From the NCBI GenBank assembly GCA_051530055.1, contig CM121342.1, forward strand, positions 4,277,489 through 4,341,488: DNA of 64,000 bases, written 5' to 3'. The notes below the pieces were generated by a model, which saw nothing but the letters and a program-made list of their open reading frames with translations, ran no database searches and was not told the origin of the DNA. Positions 1 through 12,211 of the stretch are shown one piece after another (positions within the stretch are counted from its first letter, which is position 1; the number at the start of each line of letters is the position of its first letter). Position numbers and translations under genes: made by a program. The stretch is from Neoechinorhynchus agilis (lineage: Eukaryota > Animalia > Acanthocephala).

Positions 1-9
1 TCGATCTAT

Positions 10-2971
10 TTGTCAAAATGGTTTTGTTGTGTTCCACAGTTTGAAGTCTATCTTGCAGCTATGAGAAAAAACGCAAATGATACCGAGGAAGCTGTGATAA
101 AGTTCGTCGTTCATCCTTATGCATTTCAAAAGGCAATAAGATTCAATACCCAAATCGACGTTTATCAGTCCGTGAGTACTTTGCGCAATCGTGACACTCA
201 ATTTGTTGGTTATGCTGTAAGCTTACCTCCTTTTTTGGAGTGCTCGCTTAGCTTTTCGCAGTTGATTCCACATCCTGATTTTTCTGTTCAACCTTTAACT
301 GGTATTATAAGGTTTCGATATTCAAAAACATCTCCTAGAAGTATCCAGAGTGGATTAATAGTCGCTGCCCATCCGATTTGTGATGGATTTTAAGGCGTCC
401 ATTTGTTCGATAATGTGTTTTTGCGCTTCGAATTTACACCATTGTCTTTGATTTCAATCGGAGGGGGGAATTCCAATTTATTGATAGTTGCAACCTTATT
501 AACGTCCCCGAGACTGGATTAATTTACAATACCTGAAGAGGTCTGCATGCAGACGAAAATTCGTACAAATCAGTCATCGAGGAGGTTAGTAAGGTTGCAA
601 CTTACTAAAATCAATCTTTTGATCCGGTCTAAAATTATACTTATGACTTCCCACACTTTGTGATCTTTGAATGGTTGCAAATGGACGCTCAACACTTTTC
701 CATCCGTTAGATCGGTGCTCCACATAAAAGTTCAAAACAATGCTCGACTACTAGAAAAGTCAAATTTGACATTAACGGTACAAAACCGATCTAATGTTGA
801 AAGTATACTCACAAACGGAAGCGAAGTACTATTTGGGCTTGTTGAGAATTCGATTGGTCATTATGACGCCCTGATTGGCTCCATGAGCACTGATTCGATC
901 ATTGGAAGGTCACTTGGAAGAGCAGACTCAATGTATCTTCTTCAAAATCCCAGTCGTCCACATCTCTTTGATTGTGAGGACAGTCCAAAAGGCGGAAAAT
1001 GCATTACGCTTCAAGTTATAGATGTTTTTTCGAAGCGCGAACTTTCTCGAAGAGTTGACGATGGAGAAAAATGCAGAAAAAATACAAGAATTAGGATTTT
1101 TAATGACACACATAACCTTTTTCGTCTCAATCGTCAAAACCATTCGATCGATGTTAATTCTGCTCTTAATTTGTCTGCGGTTAATTGGCTCAATGAATGC
1201 CAGATAGAAATGAGTTTAAAGACAAAAAGTTCTGATGGATCTCTAGTTTGTATTAGAGATAGTCGGATGATTTTACTGCTCGTGAAGATCGAATGGAATA
1301 TAGTCCGCCTGCTCATAAATTGTAAGGGAAGGTTTGTACGAAAAGCAATAGAAAATTTAAAGATATCCGACGGTCATTGGCACGATTTACGTTTGCAATA
1401 TTTCCCAAATGAGGTTAAACTCCGCATTGACAAAGTCTTCTATGTATCGTCTTTTTGTTCTGAGACTCACATTAATGATCAGTTGGACGTAAAGAATGTT
1501 CAATTAAGTATAGGAGGATGCGTTATAGAGTAAGTTTTGCATTTATTTGAACATTGTCACTAAATTCAAATTTAGTAAAAGATCAAAAGTGCAAGGAATT
1601 AGTGGTTGCTTAGGCAATGTATCCATCAATGGTGCTCATCTACCACAAAATGGATACGATTTCAAAAACGGTATCGGATGCCTTGAAGGTATAAAAAAAG
1701 TTTTATCTTTTTTTGTGAGAAAAATTCGCTCTACTTTATTTAGAATTATAAGTCTAATAGTAAAATTTTTTAACGAATAATCTTTTTATTGTTTCTTTTT
1801 TTAAAGGACAATTTTAGATTAAATCGTCCCCCGGACGCTGGCCGCAATTCCTCGTTGGATTGCGAGGCTTCCCTGATCCAAAGAATAAGCCTCGCAATCC
1901 AACGAGGAAATGCGGCCAGCGTCCGGGGGACGATTTAATCTAAAATTGTCCTTTAAAAAAAGAAACAATAAAAAGATTATTCGTTTAAAAAAAATAGTAA
2001 ATTTTCAAATTTCAATGTCGTTTTAATTTTTTCTCTTTGATAATATTAATAGTTACGGGAGAAAATCCTTGCTAAAGTTTGTCTACGATTTTAAAGAAAA
2101 AATATGTGCAAATTGATCCGAATTTTTATTTACCATTTAGAAATTTGCAATGTATGCATTCGGAGTCCCTGTTTGAATTCTGGCCAATGTATTGAGCTCC
2201 AAGAAAAACGTCAATGTGTTTGTACACCTCGATTTACAGGAGACTCATGTCAAATCGATCAGACGCCTTGTTTATCAGCACCATGTTTAGATGATGAACA
2301 ATGTCTTCAAATCATTAAAAACTCTCATCTCTCACATCGCTGCGTCAGACATAATGACTTTTTACGAAGATCGCCAAACAAAACGCTTTCTCGTTCCAGT
2401 GACAACATGAGTGTATCAGAAGATGATCTATTGACAATGATGATGACCGGAGTTCTCATAACTACCATTTTGTTCCTTCTCTCGATTGTCATAATTATTT
2501 TGTTTACTAGTTATCATATACGCACGCCAGCCAATCAAATCGCATGTTGCAACAAAAGTACTAATTTGTCCACTTTAAACAAATACGATGACAGTCCTAC
2601 AATTTCAAACGAAGGTGACCTACGACCCCTGATTGGCTCAGCAAGCGTATTTAATAGAGCCAATTCGAATTCACCTCCTCGTAAGTATTCTGTAAATTTT
2701 ATTGGAATAATTACACAAACGTGTTTTTTTATTAAAGGTGAAAATGAGTATTTCTTACCTCGAACAACAAGTCATCTTAAATCCAATAAAATGTATAATC
2801 GATTTACGAGATTCACACGATCGGAACGAAACAGTTGGCGAATTAATCCACGACGACTTGACAGTGTTAAACGACACAGAGACACTATTACATAGAGTTC
2901 TTTTCATTCGCCTTGTTCAATTTACCGATATAATATCGAACACTGTAAAAGACGCAAATAAATATGTGTAA
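10..2971 (+). CDS. Fat/protocadherin-like cadherin, C-terminal part (cadherin-like segments, laminin-G, EGF repeats, TM, cytoplasmic tail); multi-exon, 5' structure unresolved
   Basis: ORF 667-1533 has a LamG motif (ISDGHWHDLRLQY..VKLRID). GT-AG introns at 1530-1575 and ~1690-2140. ORF 2104 has EGF repeats (CIRSPCLNSGQC..CVCTPRFTGDSCQ) then a hydrophobic TM. Ends at 2895 or 2971 depending on the last donor. Confidence 0.75.
1766..1990. mobile_element. Near-perfect foldback (MITE-like hairpin) inside a cadherin intron
   Basis: Arms ~1766-1870 and ~1887-1990 are reverse complements (about 105 bp, few differences) around a 16-nt loop. Confidence 0.7.
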
Positions 2972-3077
2972 ATGTATTTTTAATAACGCAAAATCGATCT
3001 GGGCGCTGGGTTTTTTTTTTCTAACAAAAAAGTGATATTTTTAGAAAAAAAGGCTAAAATAAAGCTCGTTTGAAAAT

Positions 3078-4569
3078 TGAATTGTTCATTTGGCTTATGT
3101 GGCGGTGAAAAATTGAAGAAATTTATCCCTTGCGATGGAAGCACACGATTTTGCCTCCAAAAAATATCGGATTCAATAAATTACTTCGATTTTTAACCGT
3201 CATAGAAAATATGAAAATGAACGGATTTTTAAGAATGAATTGTTCATTTTTATGTGACGGTGAAAAATTGAAGAAATTTATCCCTTGCGATGGAAGCACA
3301 CGATTTTGCCTCCAAAAAATATCGGATTCAATAAATTACTTCGATTTTTAACCGTCATAGAAAATATGAAAATGAACGGATTTTCAAGAATGAATTGTTC
3401 ATTTTTATGTGACGGTGAAAAATTGAAGAAATTTGTTCCTTGCGATAGAAGCACACGATTTTGCCTTCAAAAAATATCGGATTCAATAAATTACTTCGAT
3501 TTTTAACCGTCATAGAAAATATGAAAATGAACGGATTTTCAAGAATGAATTGTTCATTTTTATGTGACGGTGAAAAATTGAAGAAATTTATCCCTTGCGA
3601 TGGAAGCACACGATTTTGCCTTCAAAAAATATCGGATTCAATAAATTACTTCGATTTTTAACCGTCATAGAAAATATGAAAATGAACGGATTTTTAAGAA
3701 TGAATTGTTCATTTTTATGTGACGGTGAAAAATTGAAGAAATTTATCCCTTGCGATGGAAGCACACGATTTTGCCTCCAAAAAATATCGGATTCAATAAA
3801 TTACTTCGATTTTTAACCGTCATAGAAAATATGAAAATGAACGGATTTTCAAGAATGAATTGTTCATTTTTATGTGACGGTGAAAAATTGAAGAAATTTG
3901 TTCCTTGCGATAGAAGCACACGATTTTGCCTCCAAAAAATATCGGATTCAATAAATTACTTCGATTTTTAACCGTCATAGAAAATATGAAAATGAACGGA
4001 TTTTCAAGAATGAATTGTTCATTTTTATGTGACGGTGAAAAATTGAAGAAATTTATCCCTTGCGATAGAAGCACACGATTTTGCCTCCAAAAATATCGGA
4101 TTCAATAAATTACTTCGATTTTTAACCGTCATAGAAAATATGAAAATGAACGGATTTTCAAGAATGAATTGTTCATTTTTATGTGACGGTGAAAAATTGA
4201 AGAAATTTATCCCTTGCGATGGAAGCACACGATTTTGCCTCCAAAAATATCGGATTCAATAAATTACTTCGATTTTTAACCGTCATAGAAAATATGAAAA
4301 TGAACGGATTTTTAAGAATGAATTGTTCATTTTTATGTGACGGTGAAAAATTGAAGAAATTTGTTCCTTGCGATAGAAGCACACGATTTTGCCTCCAAAA
4401 AATATCCGATTCAATAAATTACTTCGATTTTTAACCGTCATAGAAAATATGAAAATGAACGGATTTTTAAGAATGAATTGTTCATTTTTATGTGACGGTG
4501 AAAAATTGAAGAAATTTATCCCTTGCGATAGGAGCACACGATTTTGCCTCCAAAAAATATCGGATTCAA
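3078..4569. repeat. Tandem array, 155-bp unit, ~9.6 copies
   Basis: Exact periodicity (3130/3285, 3595/3750); intergenic. Confidence 0.97.
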
Positions 4570-4731
4570 CCTGGATTCCTTCGTCCTGCAACGTGTCATA
4601 AATTGACCAGTATTTTATGGACAGAAATTCTTTTCTTTTTTGAGTTGTATAAGCAAGGACACTTCAACGGGAAGAATTTTCTCGGTAAAAATCATTTGTT
4701 AAGGTCGCCGTTTGAATTCCGAAACAGCTCG

Positions 4732-5253
4732 ATGACTTCTAAGAACTCACTCGCAAAGGATTCGTACCGTTCGCCGCATTGTCTTAAGCAATCGGAAATT
4801 TACAATCAATCGAATTCGATCACGTCCAGCGTCGTTCGACAAGAGGATCGATCGTGGATCACTGTGTTCGGATTCGATCCGGACAACGTGGACTTTGTGA
4901 AATCGAAATTCGAAAAGTTTGGCGTGGTTGCTCGATCGAAGATCGCTAATCAATCCACATGGATCCATATTTGCTATAGCTCTGAATTGGAGGCTCAAAA
5001 AGCTTTGCGAATGAACGGTCGAATGTTCAAATTGCCATCGGGGCAGCGTTTCATCATCGGAGTTGTTCAAAAGCCACTTTCGGATTTCACCGAAGCCGAA
5101 CGTTCAATGGAATCATCAAATTCGACAGTTGGGAGAAGTGGATCGAAAATTCGCGTTTTACGTCCAATGAAAGAGGAAGAAGAGGAAACGAGAACTGAAA
5201 GTGCTCATTCTTCTGATTGGACAGCTATGTTTGCTCGAATGTGGCGAGCTTGA
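4732..5253 (+). CDS. NUP35: Nucleoporin Nup35/Nup53-like (RRM-like domain), intronless
   Basis: WITVFGF...FEKFG...TWIHICYSS...AQKALRMNG...IIGV matches the Nup35 RRM pattern from memory; first ATG at 4732. Confidence 0.75.
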   Translation: MTSKNSLAKDSYRSPHCLKQSEIYNQSNSITSSVVRQEDRSWITVFGFDPDNVDFVKSKFEKFGVVARSKIANQSTWIHICYSSELEAQKALRMNGRMFKLPSGQRFIIGVVQKPLSDFTEAERSMESSNSTVGRSGSKIRVLRPMKEEEEETRTESAHSSDWTAMFARMWRA

Positions 5254-5871
5254 TTCTTTTTTGGAATAAAGCAAAAATTTATTGATCTTCTTCTTCAAAA
5301 AAGATCTCGGGAACTTGAACTCTCGGATGTATTAACAAACGCACGAAAGATCTGCTTGTTCGCGCGTCTTTCCCGTTCACCAAAGATCGAACCTAGAAAA
5401 AATCTCACATTTTCTTCGGTGATTAAGAAAATATCGATTTTTAATTCCCAATATTTCATAAATCTGTTCAGATTTCGAGTCTTTTAGTATCCACCAAAAA
5501 TTGATGTGCGTTTTTCTTTCTGACAAATTTGACTATAAAGTCAATGCGCATTGCACCGTGACAATCGTTTCATGCTAAAATCAAATACTGATTTTATCGA
5601 TCGAATTTTGATAATTAGTAAAGAAAACAATTAATTTGAATCCATAAAAAAATTTTAATATTGGTTTTTGGTGATGTGGTGATTTTTCCCGTTTTAAAAG
5701 CTTTATCTTTCGAAATATTTTTATCCGGGTTGGGGATTATCGGCCCCTAGGATTTTTATCTCTCGATGATTATTTCTCCTTATCTTCCAAAAGTATCGAA
5801 CTTTAACGGCTATCAAAAGAAAATTGAAGTTGCGATCTTATTGGATTTTGTTTTACAATTTACCAATTTAT

Positions 5872-8420
5872 TCCCAATATTTCGAAAATTCCGACATTTT
5901 CCCAACGATTTTCATTGTTTTCGCAGGTTTTCCGTCAAACTTTGATAATATTGGAAATATCCGATGTAAAATATCGGAAATAAATTTTTGACGAATTCGA
6001 GGGATGCTAAAACTCCAACCACCGAAGACAATAATCCAAGACAATGAAGAATTTTTGTAGAAAAAAAATAGTATTTAAGGAACATCTTAACTGTGAAGCT
6101 CGAAAATTCATTGGTATTAAAACGATAAAAGTTTTCTTTATTTATCTGATTTACTTTGACGTTCAATTTTTGGTAGTTATTTCGGATTTGAGTAATTTAT
6201 TCTCGATATTTCGAAAATTCCGACATTTTCCCAACGATTTTCATTGTTTTCGCAGGTTTTCCATCAAATCTTGATAATATTGGAAATATTCGATGCAAAA
6301 TATCGGAAATAAATTTTTGACGAATTCGAGGGATGCTAAAACTCCAACCACCGAAGACAATAATCCAAGACAATGAAGAATTTTTGTAGAAAAAAATGGT
6401 ATTTAAGGAACATCTTAACTGTGAAGCTCGAAAATTCATTGGTATTAAAACGATAAAAGTTTTCTTTATTTAACTGATTTACTTTGACGTTCAATTTTTG
6501 GTAGTTATTTCGGATTTGAGTAATTTATTCTCGATATTTCGTAAATTCCGACATTTTCCCAACGATTTTCATTGTTTTCGCAGGTTTTCCGTCAAATCTT
6601 GATAATATCGAAATCATTCGATGCAAAATATCGGAAATAAATTTTTGACGAATTCGAGGGATGCTAAAACTCCAACCCCCGAAGACAATAATCCAAGACA
6701 ATGAAGAATTTTTGTAGAAAAAAAATGGTATTTAAGGAATATCTTAACTGTGAAGCTCGAAAATTCATTGGTATTAAAACGATAAAAGTTTTCTTTATTT
6801 AACTGATTTACTTTGACGTTCAATTTTTGGTAGTTATTTCGGATTTGAGTAATTTATTCTCGATATTTCGTAAATTCCGACATTTTCCCAACGATTTTCA
6901 TTGTTTTCGCAGGTTTTCCGTCAAATCTTGATAATATCGAAATCATTCGATGCAAAATATCGGAAATAAACTTTTGACGAATTCGAGGGATGCTAAAACT
7001 CCAACCACCGAAGACAATAATCCAAGACAATGAAGAATTTTTGTAGAAAAAAATGGTATTTAAGGAACATCTTAACTGTGAAGCTCGAAAATTCATTGGT
7101 ATTAAAACGATAAAAGTTTTCTTTATTTAACTGATTTACTTTGACGTTCAATTTTTGGTAGTTATTTCGGATTTGAGTAATTTATTCTCGATATTTCGTA
7201 AATTCCGACATTTTCCCAACGATTTTCATTGTTTTCGCAGGTTTTCCGTCAAATCTTGATAATATCGGAATCATTCGATGCAAAATATCGGAAATAAATT
7301 TTTGACGAATTCGAGGGATGCTAAAGCTCCAACCACCGAAGACAATAATCCAAGACAATGAAGAATTTTTGTAGAAAAAAAATGGTATTTAAGGAACATC
7401 TTAACTGTGAAGCTCGAAAATTCATTGGTATTAAAACGATAAAAGTTTTCTTTATTTAACTGATTTACTTTGACGTTCAATTTTTGGTAGTTATTTCGGA
7501 TTTGAGTAATTTATTCTCGATATTTCGTAAATTCCGACATTTTCCCAACGATTTTCATTGTTTTCGCAGGTTTTCCGTCAAACTTTGATAATATCGGAAT
7601 CATTCGATGCAAAATATCGGAAATAAACTTTTGACGAATTCGAGGGATGCTAAAACTCCAACCCCCGAAGACAATAATCCAAGACAATGAAGAATTTTTG
7701 TAGAAAAAAATGGTATTTAAGGAACATCTTAACTGTGAAGCTCGAAAATTCATTGGTATTAAAACGATAAAAGTTTTCTTTATTTAACTGATTTACTTTG
7801 ACGTTCAATTTTTGGTAGTTATTTCGGATTTGAGTAATTTATTCTCGATATTTCGAAAATTCCGACATTTTCCCAACGATTTTCATTGTTTTCGCAGGTT
7901 TTCCGTCAAACTTTGATAATATCGAAATCATTCGATGCAAAATATCGGAAATAAACTTTTGACGAATTCGAGGGATGCTAAAACTCCAACCCCCGAAGAC
8001 AATAATCCAAGACAATGAAGAATTTTTGTAGAAAAAAATGGTATTTAAGGAACATCTTAACTGTGAAGCTCGAAAATTCATTGGTATTAAAACGATAAAA
8101 GTTTTCTTTATTTAACTGATTTACTTTGACGTTCAATTTTTGGTAGTTATTTCGGATTTGAGTAATTTATTCTCGATATTTCGTAAATTCCGACATTTTC
8201 CCAACGATTTTCATTGTTTTCGCAGGTTTTCCGTCAAACTTTGATGATATCGGAAATATCCGATGCAAAATATCGGAAATAATTTTTTGACAAATTCAAG
8301 GAATGCTAAAACTCCAACCACCGAAGACAATAATCCAAGACAGTGAAGAATTTTTGTAGAAAAAAATGGTATTTAAGGAATATCTTAACTGTGAAGCTCG
8401 AAAATTCATTGGTATTAAAG
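5872..8420. repeat. Tandem array, ~329-bp unit, ~7.7 copies (same family as 54440-57052)
   Basis: Periodicity 328-329 bp (ORF echoes at 6197/6854/7511/7839). Confidence 0.97.
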
Positions 8421-9083
8421 CGAAAATATCTTTGATTGAATAACTAATTAAATGTTTTTACTGAAAAGTTTTATTGAACTAAAAGTAAAAAATCTTCCAT
8501 TTTTACCGCCGCCTTTCATAGAAGATGCATTAAATTTCATTTTCATTCTTAGCCTACTTAAAATCTTGAACTTTATGTGCACTTTGGACTTTTTTTAAAT
8601 TCAAATTTGCTGTGTTTTTCATCTTTAAACTGATAAAAGACTTGATTTTTCTTATAAAATTATTTTAACGATAGGTTTTTTCTGTATTTTCCATCTTTTG
8701 TTCCTCCGATTTTCTCTCATTATTTTGTTCGAACATTTGTTTCGTTTTTATAAAAGATGTTTCGCCGTCCATATCGTAATTTTGTCTGACGAATTTTTCT
8801 TAGGTAAGTTTATTTGATTTTGGATGGATTAATTTGTAGTTTTCCTAATCGATTTATGTCACGTCTGATTATTTTACGGTTTATCGATAGATAACCTCTC
8901 GAGAATAACTTTGTGTTCACAAACATCGACTAAAAAGCATGGCAATATTAAGAGCATAAAAAGCATGCATAATTTTGTTAGCTTATTGTTTTGCCTATAT
9001 AATAACCTAGATCTTTTGTATACAGTTGATATTTTTCGTCTAAATTAATTAGGTCTCATATTTTGTTCACTTTTTGTTTTCAG

Positions 9084-11888
9084 ATGATGAATGAAGCCGA
9101 AATTCGCTCACTAGTTCTACAAGCTTATCAATCCACGCTTGAACCGTTAACAAGTTCTGATAAGCGCCGTGAAGCCTATTTGATATGTGAAGAGTTCAAA
9201 AACGACTTTGCCCGATCGATTCCTGCTTGTGTGCAATGGATTGGTACCGATGAACCAAACGCAAATCATTTCTCCCTTCATTGTTTAGACTATTTCGTAA
9301 GGACTAAAGGACCAGAGGCGAATGTAGACGACCTTGCTCGAATCCGCGACGTTGTTCTCACAGCGATTTTATCGCGAAATTCATTTGGTAATGATAAGTT
9401 GCTAAGACAATTGGCTTGTGGTTGTGTTGCTCGGATTGGCACTCATTTATTCCCTAAACATTGGCCAAATATGCTCATGGAACTCTTGAACAATGAGTTG
9501 TACGAAGCTGTACAAGTTTTCTTCGAAGACGTTTTTGTTTTTGAATACCTCAACTCAAAGAAACGAGAGAATGAAATTTGGGTCGAAATGCAGAGGGAAT
9601 TTCTACCAAACCTCATGATAACGCTTCCCAACGCATGTGTTGATACTCAGAAAAGGATGATATCAGTAGGATTAAAGATAATTAAAGCAATCAGTAGGTA
9701 TTCTTTTTTCCTAAAATACCCGGATATGGTAGATGCATTGGTAAGATTCGCCAAAGTTCGAGATCTTCGAATGGACGCTGTTGAGTGCCTTTTGGGAATC
9801 GTTTCAAGTGGCGTCCCCAAGTCAAACAAGATTAAAATGCAGTTTGACGAGAGATTCATGAGGAATTTCTGCGGGTATCATGGGCAAAATGCGACGAATC
9901 AGAACGCACAAGTGGTAGAATTCGCCAAATCCGAAAATGAAGACGACTTATTCTTCATTCGGAGACTAACTGAACTACTAGAGTCTATTGTTAGTGTTGA
10001 AGTTGGATCTAACGTTGATAAGTATAAGATTTGCGGCGATCCTTTTGTCGAATACATTGTTATGTTGGCCATTCATGCTACAGATCGATCCACTGTGTCC
10101 AATTGTCTAGAAAGTGTCATTAATGCTGGAGTTGATACAGTCCGTTCCGATCTTGCTATGACACTTTTTCGACACGGATGTTGTCTTTTGAGCAACGATT
10201 TTATCACTTCATCTTCAATGGAAGATTATGAGATACAAAGGATCTATTCGAGACTACGCTGTCTTCTTCAACGTGGTCTGGACCAAATTAGTTTAGATTT
10301 ACTTGTTCAGGCGCTTAATTTAAGTGAATCATCTGATGCAAAGGACGAACTTTTTCTTGAGATGCTCTGCTCTTCTATAATATCTCATGTTAAATGTAAC
10401 CGAACGCTAGGAGCATTCCCTTTGAACGTTGATCAAAAAGATGCCATAAAACGAAGAGTCAGCGTGTTTTTGTGTGAGTTCAAAAGTGCTACCTCCAAGT
10501 ATACGTATAAATTACTCACAGCACTCACGTCTTTGTCGGCTCTTGTGTTCACCGACGATGATGATAAAACAATTCCAAGAGATCTACTTCGAGTACTTCT
10601 CGAACTTGAACCATTATCCGAATCAGAGCCGGCGCAAAGTATAGCCTCTATATGTGTGAATTATCACGAACAAATGAGAGAATTTCGAGGTGAAATCTAC
10701 CAGAGGCTTCAAAAGATCACTTCGGACTTTCCACTTGTTCATGTTGAGTATCTTTCTCAAGCAGCAATCATACTAAGTGATGACGGAGCCGGACTCGATG
10801 AAGCCACCAAATTTATATTAGCCCCGGCTGAACAAATATTTTTTAACTCATCATTTAATCAAAATCGATTAGATGGGCAAGAACGAAGAAAAAATCTTCT
10901 TGGATTTTCGCTCTTAATAGCAGTTTGTCGTAGTCATGCAACTGTGAAGAGATGGACTGATCTTGAAAAGTATTTGAGACCATTTATGGCCACATTGAGT
11001 TCAGTCATAATGTCATCTTCGAGCGCTCCACCGGAGATAGAAAAGGCATATAGATTATGTGGATACGCGTGTGCTGCCGGGATACTGAGTCCAGATCAAG
11101 TTCGAGCTTTAATGACAAATATAAAAGCAAAACCAATCAGATTGGCGAAGAGTGCGATAAAATCAATGTCTAAATGTCTTTTGATCAAACAAGTTCCATG
11201 TTCAGTCGATGTATTCACTGCCGTACTCATAAATCTTCTTAGAGTCGTCCCTGAGTATTTGGATGAATGCATGGCACATCTCAAGAGCAGTGCTGCCAAA
11301 CCTGAAGATGAAGCCGAAATGGAAACCGATATCAAGCACTTTCTTCGCACTTATGTGGATATTCTTAGGAAATCGATTTTAGAAACTGTAGCAGTGCCAC
11401 AAAAGCCAGGAAAAACGATTAAAAGATACGCATTGAGTGAAATTATAAAGAAAATTCTAAGCGTCGACACTTGTCCACACAATGATCTATTTAAAGAAGT
11501 AGCTCTTCGATTCTTCGCTTTGTTAACCGTTCAAGACGCATCATCCGTCTCAAGATTGATTCCCGTGGTTCAACAAATTGTAGCCACAATGCAACCAGTC
11601 GATATTCAAAATCCAATTGAAGCACTCACGTATTGTCTCATATCATTACAGAACAATCACGACAACGAAGAAAGTCTTCAACATGAATTGTGCAAACTTA
11701 TCGCAAGTTTCTATAAGCTACACATGAACACTAATGACTTTGAACAAAAAATGGACCAACTTATTTGTCAAACTCTGCCCAAACTCAAAGAGGATAACTT
11801 TTGTAAAATCAAAGGCGGTTTGACCAGCACTGACCACAATTCAAGGAGCTTTAAACTGCTCATGGGAATGTTATTAGCTTCTTTATGA
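9084..11888 (+). CDS. XPO5: Exportin-5-like karyopherin, divergent, single coding exon
   Basis: 934-aa ORF. N-terminus RREAYLICEEFK, HFSLHCLDYFVR, FPKHWPNMLMEL, EDVFVF resembles the XPO5 IBN_N/Xpo1 region. Confidence 0.75.
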   Translation: MMNEAEIRSLVLQAYQSTLEPLTSSDKRREAYLICEEFKNDFARSIPACVQWIGTDEPNANHFSLHCLDYFVRTKGPEANVDDLARIRDVVLTAILSRNSFGNDKLLRQLACGCVARIGTHLFPKHWPNMLMELLNNELYEAVQVFFEDVFVFEYLNSKKRENEIWVEMQREFLPNLMITLPNACVDTQKRMISVGLKIIKAISRYSFFLKYPDMVDALVRFAKVRDLRMDAVECLLGIVSSGVPKSNKIKMQFDERFMRNFCGYHGQNATNQNAQVVEFAKSENEDDLFFIRRLTELLESIVSVEVGSNVDKYKICGDPFVEYIVMLAIHATDRSTVSNCLESVINAGVDTVRSDLAMTLFRHGCCLLSNDFITSSSMEDYEIQRIYSRLRCLLQRGLDQISLDLLVQALNLSESSDAKDELFLEMLCSSIISHVKCNRTLGAFPLNVDQKDAIKRRVSVFLCEFKSATSKYTYKLLTALTSLSALVFTDDDDKTIPRDLLRVLLELEPLSESEPAQSIASICVNYHEQMREFRGEIYQRLQKITSDFPLVHVEYLSQAAIILSDDGAGLDEATKFILAPAEQIFFNSSFNQNRLDGQERRKNLLGFSLLIAVCRSHATVKRWTDLEKYLRPFMATLSSVIMSSSSAPPEIEKAYRLCGYACAAGILSPDQVRALMTNIKAKPIRLAKSAIKSMSKCLLIKQVPCSVDVFTAVLINLLRVVPEYLDECMAHLKSSAAKPEDEAEMETDIKHFLRTYVDILRKSILETVAVPQKPGKTIKRYALSEIIKKILSVDTCPHNDLFKEVALRFFALLTVQDASSVSRLIPVVQQIVATMQPVDIQNPIEALTYCLISLQNNHDNEESLQHELCKLIASFYKLHMNTNDFEQKMDQLICQTLPKLKEDNFCKIKGGLTSTDHNSRSFKLLMGMLLASL

Positions 11889-12211
11889 ATCGCAGCATGT
11901 GAGTGGATAATAACCAATTTGTTTTAAAGCGTTCTATATGACCAATCCGGTTTGTTTTTTTCGTTCAAAAACGCATTATCGATTTGCGTCGTAATTTCCT
12001 AAAAATTTAAAACAATTGGATTCCGCACTGACACATCTTTAAATCCGGATCATCTTTAAAAACCGTGTTAATTTTTTCTTAAAGTATTCTACGGGAATTA
12101 AGTATTTTTAACCCATTTGCTGGCAAAATGTGACACCTTTTTTTTTGAGTGACTCATTTGTTTAACCAGAAAAAGAACTTGAACGTTTCGTCGTAACTAC
12201 TCAAAACCATA

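Noticed and set aside
396-687. Inversion bounded by an 11-bp inverted repeat (gcgtccatttg/caaatggacgc)
   Set aside because: Flipping the segment does not restore a continuous frame; probably chance.
4603-4731. N-terminal extension of NUP35 from the TTG start in the ORF track
   Set aside because: Non-ATG start with non-homologous sequence; first ATG is 4732.
3130-8081. Repeated 60-85 aa ORFs in the 155-bp and 329-bp arrays
   Set aside because: Echoes of repeat units with no splice or homology support.
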